Assembly: GCA_963704755.1 (NCBI GenBank)
Contig: OY969938.1
Coordinates: 90,001-122,000 of the forward strand
DNA length: 32,000 nucleotides
From: an uncultured Chloroflexia bacterium
GTDB lineage: Bacteria; Chloroflexota; Anaerolineae; Anaerolineales; Anaerolineaceae
Direction: 5' to 3'
Shown: positions 16,801 through 25,057 of the stretch, piece after piece
How positions within the stretch are numbered: the stretch's first letter is position 1
How the letters are laid out: the number at the start of each line of letters is the position of its first letter
Program-made: the position numbers and the translations under genes
The notes under the pieces: generated by a model
Told to the model about the DNA's origin: nothing
What the model saw: the letters and a program-made list of their open reading frames with translations, nothing else
Database searches by the model: none

Positions 16801-19264
16801 GATGTACGCCCAGACGCACCGGGTAGATAAGGCAATTGTGTCCATCCAAAGGGCGATCGACATCCATCCCGAAGAAGAACCCTATTATTTGCTGCAATCC
16901 GATTTACAGTGTGAATTGAACCGCCCACAGGCGGCCCTGGCATCTCTCGAACACGCCTTGCGGCTGCACGAAAGCCGCGAAGTCGAGAAAAACCTGGATG
17001 AAAATATCGCCGGAATGGACGAAGGATTATTCGATATTCACCTGCGCTTTGCCCGCCTGCTGGAAAAGACCACCAACCTGAGTTCGGCGCTTTATCATGC
17101 CGAAAAAGCGGCCCAACTTGGTTCAAAATCCAGCGAAGCCCGATATCAGGCTACGGAACTATCCTACCGGCTGCTGCAAACCGACCGGGCCGAAAAGATC
17201 TTGAATGAGACCGGCCCGAATGAAACTACAGGCTTCCGTGCGGATGGCTCGAAAAAAGCGGATTTGCAGTGGAATCTGGCTTTACAGACTCTGGCGATGG
17301 AATTTGCCTTCAACCACGGCGACCTGGCCACAGCCAAGAAAATTATCGAGAAAGGCCTGCTGGCCCGGCCGGACGACCGTAACCTGATGGCCGGCCAAAT
17401 CCGCGTGCTGGCTGCCCAAAACGATTACGCCCAGGCCGAACAGTTGTACGCGCAATTGCGAGATGATATCGCGGCTGACCAGGCCGCGTCCACGAATGAA
17501 CAAACCGTCAAAATTGGCAGCTTATTGTTAGCCCAGGCTGCGGCTGACCTGTTCTTGTGGGACGATGCTTTCGAATTGTGGGATGCCTATTTGAAGCAGC
17601 ACCCGCAGGAACCCCTGGCCCTCTTTACAATGGCCAAGGGATTGGTTTCGGCGGGTGAATGGCAGTTGGCCAGTGAACCGCTAGGCGTGACCCGCCATAT
17701 CTATCCGGCCTCGCTGGTGAATGCAGAAAACCAGGGAAGGTTCGAATTGTTGTTGGCCGACCTGGAAAAACTGGCCGGAGGGGCGGAAGTCGAACGCTGG
17801 AAAGCTCGCGGCAATATCCTTTTCCAGCCAACGACCGCAAATGTGCGTGTGCTGGAAGGATTGCGCGTATCCGACAAAGAGATCCCCTGGATCGTTCTGG
17901 GTCTGACCCGAGCCGGGAACCCGGCCGGGGCGATCCAGGTAGCCGAGAAATATGCTCATGTGGCGCCGGCACTTTCTCAGGAATTGCAGGTCCAGGCGGA
18001 CCGCGATACGCAAAAAGCCTTTGAATGTGCGAAGCGGGCCGTTCTTCAGGCTCCCGGAAACCCTCTTTGCCAGGCGAACCTGGCAAAAGCTGCCCAGGCG
18101 ATTAACGAGCCCGCCCAGGCCTTGGAGGCGATCGAAGCCAGTCTGGCCCAGTGGCAGGATGAGCCTGAATGGCATTTCCTGGCCGCTGGCCTGGCCGAAC
18201 AATGCCAGGACGGAGAAACCGCGATCCTGCACCTGGAAAGCGCCAACGAACTTGACCCTGGCAACCTGACTTACCTGACAGAACTGGGCAACAAATACCT
18301 GCAATTCCGCATGGCCGATAAAGCTGCCGAAGTTTTTAATCAATTGAGCCAAATTTCACCAGAGGCAGAAAAATGTTGGGTTTTGTTGGCCCGCTCCCAA
18401 TTCTTGGCCGGCAATTACCCGGAAGCTCAGCAAGCCATCGACCGGGCATTGGAGTTGAACGAACGCTCGGCCCCGGCGTTGGTGCTCAATGGTGAGATCG
18501 CATTACGGGCGGGAGATGACGCCAAGGCCTTGGAGCTCGTCCACGCGGCCCAGAAGATTGCGCCGGCCGACCCGGATAATCGACTGCTGGCGGCAAGGAT
18601 TTTGATCAAGCGCGGGAAAGACAAAGATGCCCTGGGCGAATTGACCCAGGCTGTGGTAGATATCCCCAATTCAATCGAGCTCGGGTTGGAACGGGCGAAG
18701 TTGATCTATCGTATGAACGGTGCCACGGCAGCGTTCCCGGTGCTGCAGAAACTGGCCGGCCAACACCCACAAGACGACCGGCTGCTGGCGCTGCTGGCCA
18801 AAGCGGCGGTAGAGGTAGGCGATAAAGGCCAGGCAGAAAAAGCTGGAATTGCTTCTTTGAAAATCAACCCAAGGCAACCCGAGCTGAATTATTTGTTGGG
18901 TAAGGTCTATCATTTGACCGGCCAACTGGATAAAGCGGTTTACCACCTTTCCGAAGCGGCCCTCACCGCTGACGAAAAGGCTGAGATCTTCCTGGAACTC
19001 GGGAAGGCCTATTCTGACCGGCGCGAATATGCCAGGTCGTTGGAGGCTTACCAGCACGCCGTACAGGCGGCCCCGGATGATAGCCGCACCTATTACCAAT
19101 GCGCAGTCGCCATGCGCGATGGAAAGGATTACCCCGGCGCGGAAGCGATGCTGCGTAAAGCCGCTCAGTTAGCCCCTGATGACGTCAATATCCGCCGGCA
19201 ACTTGGCGCGATAGTTGCATTGAACCTGGTACAAACCTGTCAGGAGGCAAACTCATGCCAGTAG
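13853..19264 (+). CDS. Giant (1803 aa) tetratricopeptide-repeat protein with a ~440-aa non-TPR helical N-terminal region; no signal peptide
   Basis: Single uninterrupted ORF with an AGGAG Shine-Dalgarno. From about residue 440 onward there are dozens of 34-aa TPR-like units (A..AL...P....A...LG..Y...G....A pattern, e.g. AELHFELGRAYLENNLASEALPFLRQSARLAPES). Confidence 0.9.
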   Translation: MQPVDLFTFLRHTLSPADAPMILLAIKTDKLVWDTLQQGDLFRSGSLDDDPENWAPANLALLALGARTSAKDLGSDHLPGIDSGLRRKSLERFERLLRKGEKAETLADAGLIALALRERRRKMQSWEGLVDELKVAGLDNAEDQVDCWQTPLACLAGMVPDPYELYAALLSKEQLKPGMEWVTHMVLSTPAVSEDQTAILKKLMLELPLDYQVEWLRHLVLLGRASLATPLANDLLIENREYLDFLGKDADPDQCTWAELSQKALGFEVLGSFHQLAGHPLQSAAALEKSRRLLHHWVSGTSLQLASLAAKEGRLTEDIWEDCVAVTEALPVSENLMSEMYLLGGEKLHPAILSGAITSKTPVLGQIFTAAQQANTRGKHEAQETAREAVQYWLTQVKRDPSILSGKYVLDFPVAPILQVLVDLGLLKEAISVGKAYLNARPGDSALMLQVAEICHRVGNYSEASDLVIQAILLNPSETRPRRILAGYLEESEAWREALDERKQILEVSPLPPLDDSLALARCALGAKKFEDALQVCDQILAIDGELGMAYTYAGMAQAGLENHEEALKDLSKATLLTPENPNPWIQLAALHRKNGDNQRALETLRTAILTAPDSAELHFELGRAYLENNLASEALPFLRQSARLAPESDEVALALTETLLSLGHENEALDVLEKARAKWPVHPGLAYQHARLLLARGERDEGLATLEIALQSEKAEPEWYALFASSLMGKPESQWRAVRPVDFNQLVKAQKALQRSLNIQPECLETRVLMAELLALRQDYEAAYAAYDHLVQNEQASSEDYAWRIQAGLGNVALNLGHHSIALAAFKNAVGARPDSIILQRKLAETFETLKLSESACQTADDALMLAPDAIDNLLWYGDIMGRLGENEKGIQALKTAAQIAPQRVNIITSLANLYYNLGDRPGSEAVLMQAMTMETASSDDLLKAAEIARKLENDDLTLAALEKAASVNPEPSANLEYELARMYAQTHRVDKAIVSIQRAIDIHPEEEPYYLLQSDLQCELNRPQAALASLEHALRLHESREVEKNLDENIAGMDEGLFDIHLRFARLLEKTTNLSSALYHAEKAAQLGSKSSEARYQATELSYRLLQTDRAEKILNETGPNETTGFRADGSKKADLQWNLALQTLAMEFAFNHGDLATAKKIIEKGLLARPDDRNLMAGQIRVLAAQNDYAQAEQLYAQLRDDIAADQAASTNEQTVKIGSLLLAQAAADLFLWDDAFELWDAYLKQHPQEPLALFTMAKGLVSAGEWQLASEPLGVTRHIYPASLVNAENQGRFELLLADLEKLAGGAEVERWKARGNILFQPTTANVRVLEGLRVSDKEIPWIVLGLTRAGNPAGAIQVAEKYAHVAPALSQELQVQADRDTQKAFECAKRAVLQAPGNPLCQANLAKAAQAINEPAQALEAIEASLAQWQDEPEWHFLAAGLAEQCQDGETAILHLESANELDPGNLTYLTELGNKYLQFRMADKAAEVFNQLSQISPEAEKCWVLLARSQFLAGNYPEAQQAIDRALELNERSAPALVLNGEIALRAGDDAKALELVHAAQKIAPADPDNRLLAARILIKRGKDKDALGELTQAVVDIPNSIELGLERAKLIYRMNGATAAFPVLQKLAGQHPQDDRLLALLAKAAVEVGDKGQAEKAGIASLKINPRQPELNYLLGKVYHLTGQLDKAVYHLSEAALTADEKAEIFLELGKAYSDRREYARSLEAYQHAVQAAPDDSRTYYQCAVAMRDGKDYPGAEAMLRKAAQLAPDDVNIRRQLGAIVALNLVQTCQEANSCQ

Positions 19265-21912
19265 AATCGTCCACTCCGGCCACACCAGAAGATCAGCAAG
19301 CCCGCGATATTACCCGCCCGACCTTATTGGTCGTTCTCGAAAAATCGATCGATGCCGGCGAATATCGCTATGCCCGCCAGCTCGCGTTGAACTGGCTGGC
19401 GGTTTATCCGGGCGACCTGGCGGTCAACACCTGGCTGGCCGAAGCGCTCATCCGGGACGGCAAGACTTCGCAAGGAATCCAAATCCTGGAGAAGGTGTCC
19501 CGCATCGATCCGGAATATACTCAGCCGTTGAAACTGCTCGCCCAGGCCTATGAGAAAATCAATGCGGCCGGGTCGCAGCAAGCCTTGATGCATGTGTTCA
19601 TGTTAGGCGAAAGAGTCGGTTCGAGCATTTCGATGCCGGGCTGGAGCATCGTGTTTCGGAATGCCCGCCGTGAATTGCTGAACGGCAACCTGGCAACGGC
19701 CGAAACATACGTTTACCAGGGTTTGGCTTTGAACCAGGACGATTCCCTGGGCGGAATTATCCATATGCAGGTGATCCGGGCCCTGGGTGAACGCGAAAAT
19801 CTGGCAAAGTTCGCCGAGCTTTACAACAATCGTTGGCCCGACTGCGTCGTGTTCAAGTTGGGTTTGGCTGAGGCCAGCCTGGCGTCCGGCGATGAGTCCG
19901 AGGCGGTCAACCTGCTTCACCAATGTGTTGCCGCGGATGCTTCCGGGCAGGTCTGCCAGCGTTGGTGGGGTGAAGACCATCCGTATAAACCGTTGTGGCC
20001 GGATCGGCTCGAAATTTCTCTGGATATATCTATCCCGGCCAGTGTGGCCGGTGAAATGGGATGGAATTTGCTGGCCGCCAGAAGCGATCAACCGGTCAAG
20101 GTTGGACCGCGTCCAATCGAACCAGCCCTGGAACCGGTCCAGGCGATCAAAGATCCCGAGCCGGTGGTTGCAATCCCTCGGCCGGCAGCAGAATTGCCGC
20201 CTGTACCGGGGAGTGTAAAACCAGCGCCAGCCGAACGGCCTGAATGGGTAAAAAAGACCGAGAAAGAATTTTCCCGGGTCGCCAAGCATGTCAAGGCGCC
20301 CGCCCTGGCGAAATCGGATGGGCGTTTCCCGATCTATGTCATCCTGACGACCAAAAATGGCCTGAACCAGAAATATGGCAGCCAGACTCTGGCGGTCATC
20401 GACGGGGAATTACAGTCTCTGGCGACTGCCGTGCGCAGTCACGGCGGTTGGGGTTCGATGGTGTTCTATCCGGACGATATCGAGACGACCGGAAAACTGG
20501 GACTGAAAACGATCGCGACCATCGACCCGTGGAAAATCAAGCTTTCCTTGAACGACCTGGATACTTCACTGGCCAAACAGGGTGAACGGATTGGCGCGGT
20601 ATTGATTGTGGGCGGGCCGGATGTGGTTCCGTTTCATCGTCTGCCCAATCCCACCGATGATTCGGATGAGGAAGTCCTTTCCGATAATCCTTATGCGACC
20701 CTGGACACCAATTATTTCATCCCGGAATGGCCGGTCGGCAGGCTGCCGGGTGAGCAGGGCGTGGACGTCGGTTTGCTCCTCCAGCAGATCCGCCAGACGA
20801 CCAAATATCACCAACAATCGGCCAAGGGCAAGAAAAGCCTGCCGGGCATTGCCTTCTGGCTGACGCTATTACAGCTCCTTTTCCATCGCAGCAAACCCAG
20901 CAGCAGCCCGACGAATGGGTTTGGGTACACAGCTTCAGTTTGGAAGCGGTCTTCTCTGGCGACTTTTCGCCCGATTGGGGATGGCGCAGGGATGTTGATT
21001 TCACCCCCCATCATTACCAAGGGATTCGACAGCCAGAAATTGACCGGTTCGCCAATGAGCTTTTTTAATTTGCACGGGATGGCCGAAACTGCGGAGTGGT
21101 ACGGCCAGCGCGACCCGACCGAAGATCCCAGCGGAACGGATTACCCGGTAGCCCTGGGGATCCCTGACCTGCCGAAAAATGGGCACGCGCCGAAATTTGT
21201 GTTCAGCGAAGCCTGTTATGGCGGGTACGTGGTAGATAAGACTGAAAAGACCTCGATTGCCCTGCGCTTCCTCTCGATCGGCTCAATGGCTGTGGTGGCT
21301 TCGAGCGGCATTGCTTATGGCGCCGCCAACACGCCGTTAGTCGGGGCTGACCTGCTAGGCAACCTCTTCTGGAGCGGTATCCAGGAAGGCTATTCGGTTG
21401 GGGATGCCTTTACGCAGGCCAAGATTGGCCTGGCTAACGAAATGAACAAGCGCCAGGGTTACCTGGATGGTGAAGATCAAAAGACACTCATCTCATTCAA
21501 CCTTTTCGGTGACCCGTTGATCTACAATGACGGGCTGCAAGTCAATCAGAAGCGGCTGCTGCGTTATGCCCAACTGCCGACGATGAAGATGGTCAACGAC
21601 CACCAGACGGCTGTAATTAATTCGCCGGCGGTCAGCGAACGAATTTTGAAATCGGCCAAACAAGCCGTGTCCTCCTATCTGCCGGGCCTGGAATCGGCTG
21701 AAGTGCGCATGAGCGCTCAGCAAATCGACATCGAAGGAAAAGCCGCTCACACCGGGATGTTCGGTAAACGGCTGGCAACCAAGCAGGTCGCTGACCGGAC
21801 GGTCGTGATTTTTACTCGAAAAGTGCGTGTAGGAGAACATACCCATACCAATTATGCCCGTGTGACCATGGATCGCGACGGCAAATTGATGAAGATGGCT
21901 TTCTCAAGGTAA
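19255..21912 (+). CDS. TPR-like N-domain, Pro-rich linker and gingipain/C25-like clan-CD cysteine peptidase domain (885 aa), cytoplasmic
   Basis: AGGAGG Shine-Dalgarno (19242-19247). The ATG overlaps the end of the TPR gene by 10 nt. C25-like blocks: GAVLIVGGPDVVPF, SDNPYATLD, WPVGRLPG, FNLHGMAETAEW (His607), FVFSEACYGGY (Cys654), FNLFGDP. No signal peptide. Confidence 0.8.
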   Translation: MPVESSTPATPEDQQARDITRPTLLVVLEKSIDAGEYRYARQLALNWLAVYPGDLAVNTWLAEALIRDGKTSQGIQILEKVSRIDPEYTQPLKLLAQAYEKINAAGSQQALMHVFMLGERVGSSISMPGWSIVFRNARRELLNGNLATAETYVYQGLALNQDDSLGGIIHMQVIRALGERENLAKFAELYNNRWPDCVVFKLGLAEASLASGDESEAVNLLHQCVAADASGQVCQRWWGEDHPYKPLWPDRLEISLDISIPASVAGEMGWNLLAARSDQPVKVGPRPIEPALEPVQAIKDPEPVVAIPRPAAELPPVPGSVKPAPAERPEWVKKTEKEFSRVAKHVKAPALAKSDGRFPIYVILTTKNGLNQKYGSQTLAVIDGELQSLATAVRSHGGWGSMVFYPDDIETTGKLGLKTIATIDPWKIKLSLNDLDTSLAKQGERIGAVLIVGGPDVVPFHRLPNPTDDSDEEVLSDNPYATLDTNYFIPEWPVGRLPGEQGVDVGLLLQQIRQTTKYHQQSAKGKKSLPGIAFWLTLLQLLFHRSKPSSSPTNGFGYTASVWKRSSLATFRPIGDGAGMLISPPIITKGFDSQKLTGSPMSFFNLHGMAETAEWYGQRDPTEDPSGTDYPVALGIPDLPKNGHAPKFVFSEACYGGYVVDKTEKTSIALRFLSIGSMAVVASSGIAYGAANTPLVGADLLGNLFWSGIQEGYSVGDAFTQAKIGLANEMNKRQGYLDGEDQKTLISFNLFGDPLIYNDGLQVNQKRLLRYAQLPTMKMVNDHQTAVINSPAVSERILKSAKQAVSSYLPGLESAEVRMSAQQIDIEGKAAHTGMFGKRLATKQVADRTVVIFTRKVRVGEHTHTNYARVTMDRDGKLMKMAFSR

Positions 21913-21947
21913 ACAATTCGAGATCCTCCCACCTGTCTTCTGTTGGC

Positions 21948-21975
21948 AAAGAGCCGCTGATTTTGGCGGCTCTTT
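21948..21975 (+). terminator. Hairpin downstream of the sigma-54 operon (weak U-tract)
   Basis: aaagagccgc-tgattttg-gcggctcttt, 36 nt after the stop of the 885-aa ORF. Confidence 0.5.
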
Positions 21976-21991
21976 CGCCTTAAGAGGCAAT

Positions 21992-22025
21992 TTGCCACAG
22001 ATGGACACGGATGGACACAGATCGT
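21992..22025. repeat. CACAGAT-type short tandem repeat block (copy 1)
   Basis: ttgccacagatggacacggatggacacagatcgtg. It is 28/31 identical to 24922-24952. Confidence 0.8.
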
Positions 22026-22035
22026 GCTGAAGATG

Positions 22036-22070
22036 AAGTGTTTGCGGGGGCTTTGCCCCCGCAAACACTT
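22036..22070. repeat. Perfect 16-bp-stem palindrome (GTGTTTGCGGGGGC family) with TTT loop
   Basis: aagtgtttgcgggggc-ttt-gcccccgcaaacactt. Confidence 0.8.
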
Positions 22071-22100
22071 TGTTAAAAGTACGCCTGGTTGTCAGACTTA

Positions 22101-22129
22101 TTGATTCCTGTACCCACCTCGCTTATAAT
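22101..22129 (+). promoter_or_regulatory. Candidate sigma-70 promoter for alaS
   Basis: TTGATT, 17-nt spacer, TATAAT (22124-22129). This leaves a leader of about 45 nt with a GGGAGA Shine-Dalgarno. Confidence 0.5.
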
Positions 22130-22179
22130 CATAATCCACTCGTTATCGCTTAACCATATTTGATCGTACGGGAGAATTT

Positions 22180-24912
22180 ATGGACCCAAAGTTTACCGGC
22201 GCGGCCATTCGCCAATCTTTTGTCGATTTTTTCGTTGCAAAAGGCCATACCTATGTACCATCCTCCTCGCTGGTACCCGGCGGAGACCAAACTTTGCTGT
22301 TTACCAATGCTGGCATGGTCCAGTTTAAAGATGTGTTTTTAGGAACGGATCACCGGCCGTACACCCGCGCCGTGGATTTTCAGAAATGCATGCGCGTGGC
22401 CGGTAAACACAACGACCTGGACGATGTCGGCCGGGATAATTCTCACCATACCTTCTTCGAAATGTTGGGCAACTGGTCGTTTGGCGACTATTACAAGAAG
22501 GAAGCTATTTCCTGGGCCTGGGAACTGCTGACCGAGGTGTGGGGCCTGGATAAATCCAAGCTGTGGGTCACTTGCTTCAAGGACGATAAGGGCGATATCC
22601 CCACGGATGAGGAAGCGGCGAATTTCTGGCGCGAGCAACCCGGAATCGACCTCAACCACGTCCTGTATTTCGGACGTAAGGACAACCTGTGGGAAATGGC
22701 CGATACCGGGCCGTGCGGTCCATCCAGCGAAATCAATATCGACCGCGGCATCGAATTCTGCGATAAACAAAATGAACCCGGCCACGTCTGCCAGGTCAAC
22801 GGCGATTGCAAACGCTTCCTGGAATTGTGGAACCTGGTGTTCATTCAGTACAACCGCCTGTCGGCTTCTCACCTGGAACCACTGCCCTCCTGCCATGTCG
22901 ATACCGGCATGGGCTTCGAACGGATCGTGTCCGTTCTGCAGAACGTCGATTCGAATTACCTGACCGATTTGCTTTCGCCGCTGCTGGACAAGGTCCAAGA
23001 GCTGACCGGGGACACGGATGAACAGCGTAAGGAAAATTTCACCCCGTACCGGGTCATTGCCGACCATGTGCGGGCGGCTGCATTTTTGATTGCGGATGGG
23101 GTCGTGCCCGGAAATACCGGCCGGAATTACGTCTGCCGGATGATCATTCGCCGGGCGGCTCGTTTCGCTACCAAGATTGGCCTGAACGATCCGTTCATGG
23201 CCAGGGTGGCGGAGGTTGTGATCCGTAATTACGGTGAAGCCTACCCGGAACTATCCCGCAACCAGGCCACCATCCTGGATAACCTCACCCGCGAAGAGAT
23301 TCGTTTCCAACGCACGGTCGAGCAGGGCATTTCACATCTGAACGATTTGCTCGCGGAGGTAGAGGCGAGCAAAAAGACCGTTCTGGATGGCGGCCAGGCC
23401 TTCGACCTGTATGCTACCCACGGCCTGCCGTTCGAGCTGACCCGGGACGTCGCCCGCGAACAGGGTCTGGAAGTCGACCAGGCCGGTTTTGACCGGGCCA
23501 TGGAGGAACACAAAGTCGCCTCCGGCGCCGGGAAAGCGTTTGGATCGATGGGCGGCGAAAAAGTTGACCTGTACCGCCAGGTATTGGAAGGTTTGCAAGC
23601 CAGGCACGAGATTGGGCCTAAGGGCGTCGAATACGATCCGTATTCCGGCCTGGAAGTGGAAGGGAAAGTTTTAGCCTTGATCCGCGATGGTGAGCCGGTC
23701 AGCGAAGTCATGACCGGTGACAATGTCGAAGTAGTCCTGCCGGCCACTTGTTTTTACGTCGAGTTGGGCGGGCAGGTCTCGGATACCGGTTTGATCGTGT
23801 CGGTCAAGGAGCCGCGCTGGGAGATCCGCGTGGAAGACACGCGCAAACCCGCCGCAGGTGTGATCGTTCATATCGGCGAAGTGGTCAAGGGTAAGCCGGC
23901 CGTCGAAGACCTGGCGATTGCGGCAGTCGATTCGCAGCGCCGGGCGGATATTCGCCGCAACCACACCGCCACGCATTTGCTGCACGCTGAATTGCACCGT
24001 GTGTTGGGCGAGCACGCCCGCCAGGCCGGGTCGCTGGTCGCGCCGGACCGGCTTCGTTTTGATTTTACCCATCCGGAAGCGATTTCCGCCCAAGATCTGG
24101 AAGAAATCGAGATGGGCGTCAACCAGGCCATTTATTCTGCGTATCCGCTGCATATCGTGCAAAAACCGCTTTCCCAGGCCATCGGAGAAGGCGCCATGGC
24201 GCTGTTTGGCGAAAAATATGGCGAAGTGGTGCGCACGATTTGCATTGGCCAGGAAGATATCTATTCGTACGAACTGTGCGGCGGTACTCACGTGGACAAT
24301 ACCGGCGATATTGGCCTGTTTCTGATTACATCAGAAAGCAGCGCGGCCGCGGGTGTGCGCCGGATCGAGGCGGTGACCGGCCGGGAGGCCTATGCCCTGG
24401 TGCAGAAACGCTTCAAGCAACTCAAGCAGGTAGCGGCTATTTTGAGCAGCTCGATCGATGAGGCCACGATCAAAACGGCTAACCTGGTGAGCGAATTAGA
24501 CCAGGCAGAAAAGCAAAATACCCACCTGCGCGAGCAACTGGTCGCGGCTGAATTTGTGACTACCCTGGATAACACCCAGATGGTCGAAGGTGTGGCCGTT
24601 CTGGCGGCGGTTCTATCGAACGCCACCGCGGATACGCTGCGCCAGATGAGCGATCGCTTCCGCCAGCGCTATGAGACCGGGGTCATCGTGCTGGGATCGG
24701 CGCCTGAGGACAAACCGACCCTGATCGCCGCGGTCAGCGACGACCTGGTCAAACGGGGCTGGAAGGCTGGCGACCTGATCAAAGTGGTCGCTGCGGTCGT
24801 TGGTGGGAGCGGCGGCGGGCGTCCCAACCTGGCCCAGGCCGGCGGGAAAGACGCATCCAAATTGCCCGAAGCGATGGATCAAGTCCTGCCCTGGGTCAAA
24901 TCCAGGCTGTAA
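22180..24912 (+). CDS. alaS: Alanyl-tRNA synthetase
   Basis: N-terminus FVDFFVAKGHTYVPSSSLVP..DQTLLFTNAGMVQFK. Also HHTFFEMLGNWSFGDYYK, the editing-domain HTATHLLH and CGGTHV motifs, and a C-terminal GGGRPNLAQAGG (DHHA1) motif. Confidence 0.97.
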   Translation: MDPKFTGAAIRQSFVDFFVAKGHTYVPSSSLVPGGDQTLLFTNAGMVQFKDVFLGTDHRPYTRAVDFQKCMRVAGKHNDLDDVGRDNSHHTFFEMLGNWSFGDYYKKEAISWAWELLTEVWGLDKSKLWVTCFKDDKGDIPTDEEAANFWREQPGIDLNHVLYFGRKDNLWEMADTGPCGPSSEINIDRGIEFCDKQNEPGHVCQVNGDCKRFLELWNLVFIQYNRLSASHLEPLPSCHVDTGMGFERIVSVLQNVDSNYLTDLLSPLLDKVQELTGDTDEQRKENFTPYRVIADHVRAAAFLIADGVVPGNTGRNYVCRMIIRRAARFATKIGLNDPFMARVAEVVIRNYGEAYPELSRNQATILDNLTREEIRFQRTVEQGISHLNDLLAEVEASKKTVLDGGQAFDLYATHGLPFELTRDVAREQGLEVDQAGFDRAMEEHKVASGAGKAFGSMGGEKVDLYRQVLEGLQARHEIGPKGVEYDPYSGLEVEGKVLALIRDGEPVSEVMTGDNVEVVLPATCFYVELGGQVSDTGLIVSVKEPRWEIRVEDTRKPAAGVIVHIGEVVKGKPAVEDLAIAAVDSQRRADIRRNHTATHLLHAELHRVLGEHARQAGSLVAPDRLRFDFTHPEAISAQDLEEIEMGVNQAIYSAYPLHIVQKPLSQAIGEGAMALFGEKYGEVVRTICIGQEDIYSYELCGGTHVDNTGDIGLFLITSESSAAAGVRRIEAVTGREAYALVQKRFKQLKQVAAILSSSIDEATIKTANLVSELDQAEKQNTHLREQLVAAEFVTTLDNTQMVEGVAVLAAVLSNATADTLRQMSDRFRQRYETGVIVLGSAPEDKPTLIAAVSDDLVKRGWKAGDLIKVVAAVVGGSGGGRPNLAQAGGKDASKLPEAMDQVLPWVKSRL

Positions 24913-24921
24913 GAGGTTTTT

Positions 24922-25057
24922 TTGCCACAGATGCACACGGATAAACACAGATAAAAAAATTTAGTGGTAGCGGCGAAGCCGCTACCACTAAATTTTTTAT
25001 CTGTACAGAAATTCATTAAAAATCTTTATCTGTATCCATCTGTGTTTATTTGTGGCT
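24922..25057. repeat. Composite repeat: inverted CACAGAT-type arms flanking a 21-bp-stem GCGAAGC palindrome (24954-24998). Acts as an A/T-flanked bidirectional terminator between convergent genes
   Basis: Left arm ttgccacagatgcacacggataaacacagat. Core aaaaaatttagtggtagcggc-gaa-gccgctaccactaaatttttt. Right arm atctgtatccatctgtgtttatttgtggc, an imperfect reverse complement of the left arm. The right arm supplies the last four codons and the stop of the 25046-26206 gene. Confidence 0.8.

Noticed and set aside
21992-22025. CACAGAT repeat blocks as a possible CRISPR array
   Set aside because: The periodicity is only 9-10 nt with no spacers. Only 3 units occur per block, and no cas genes are present.
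21913-22179. Possible T-box leader upstream of alaS
   Set aside because: The best promoter leaves only a leader of about 45 nt. No specifier-loop or T-box (AGGGUGGNACCGCG-like) sequence is seen. The structured DNA here is the repeat and palindrome family.
22339-23067. Long antisense ORFs opposite well-supported genes: 22339-23067, 23671-24291, 17681-18352, 19603-20289, 28584-29213, 28805-29497, 29883-30515, 12819-13364 and 10228-10752
   Set aside because: Each lies fully inside a gene with strong family motifs on the other strand. Their products are low-complexity and Arg/Gly/Pro-rich, and they lack Shine-Dalgarno sites. This is the typical GC-driven open antisense frame.
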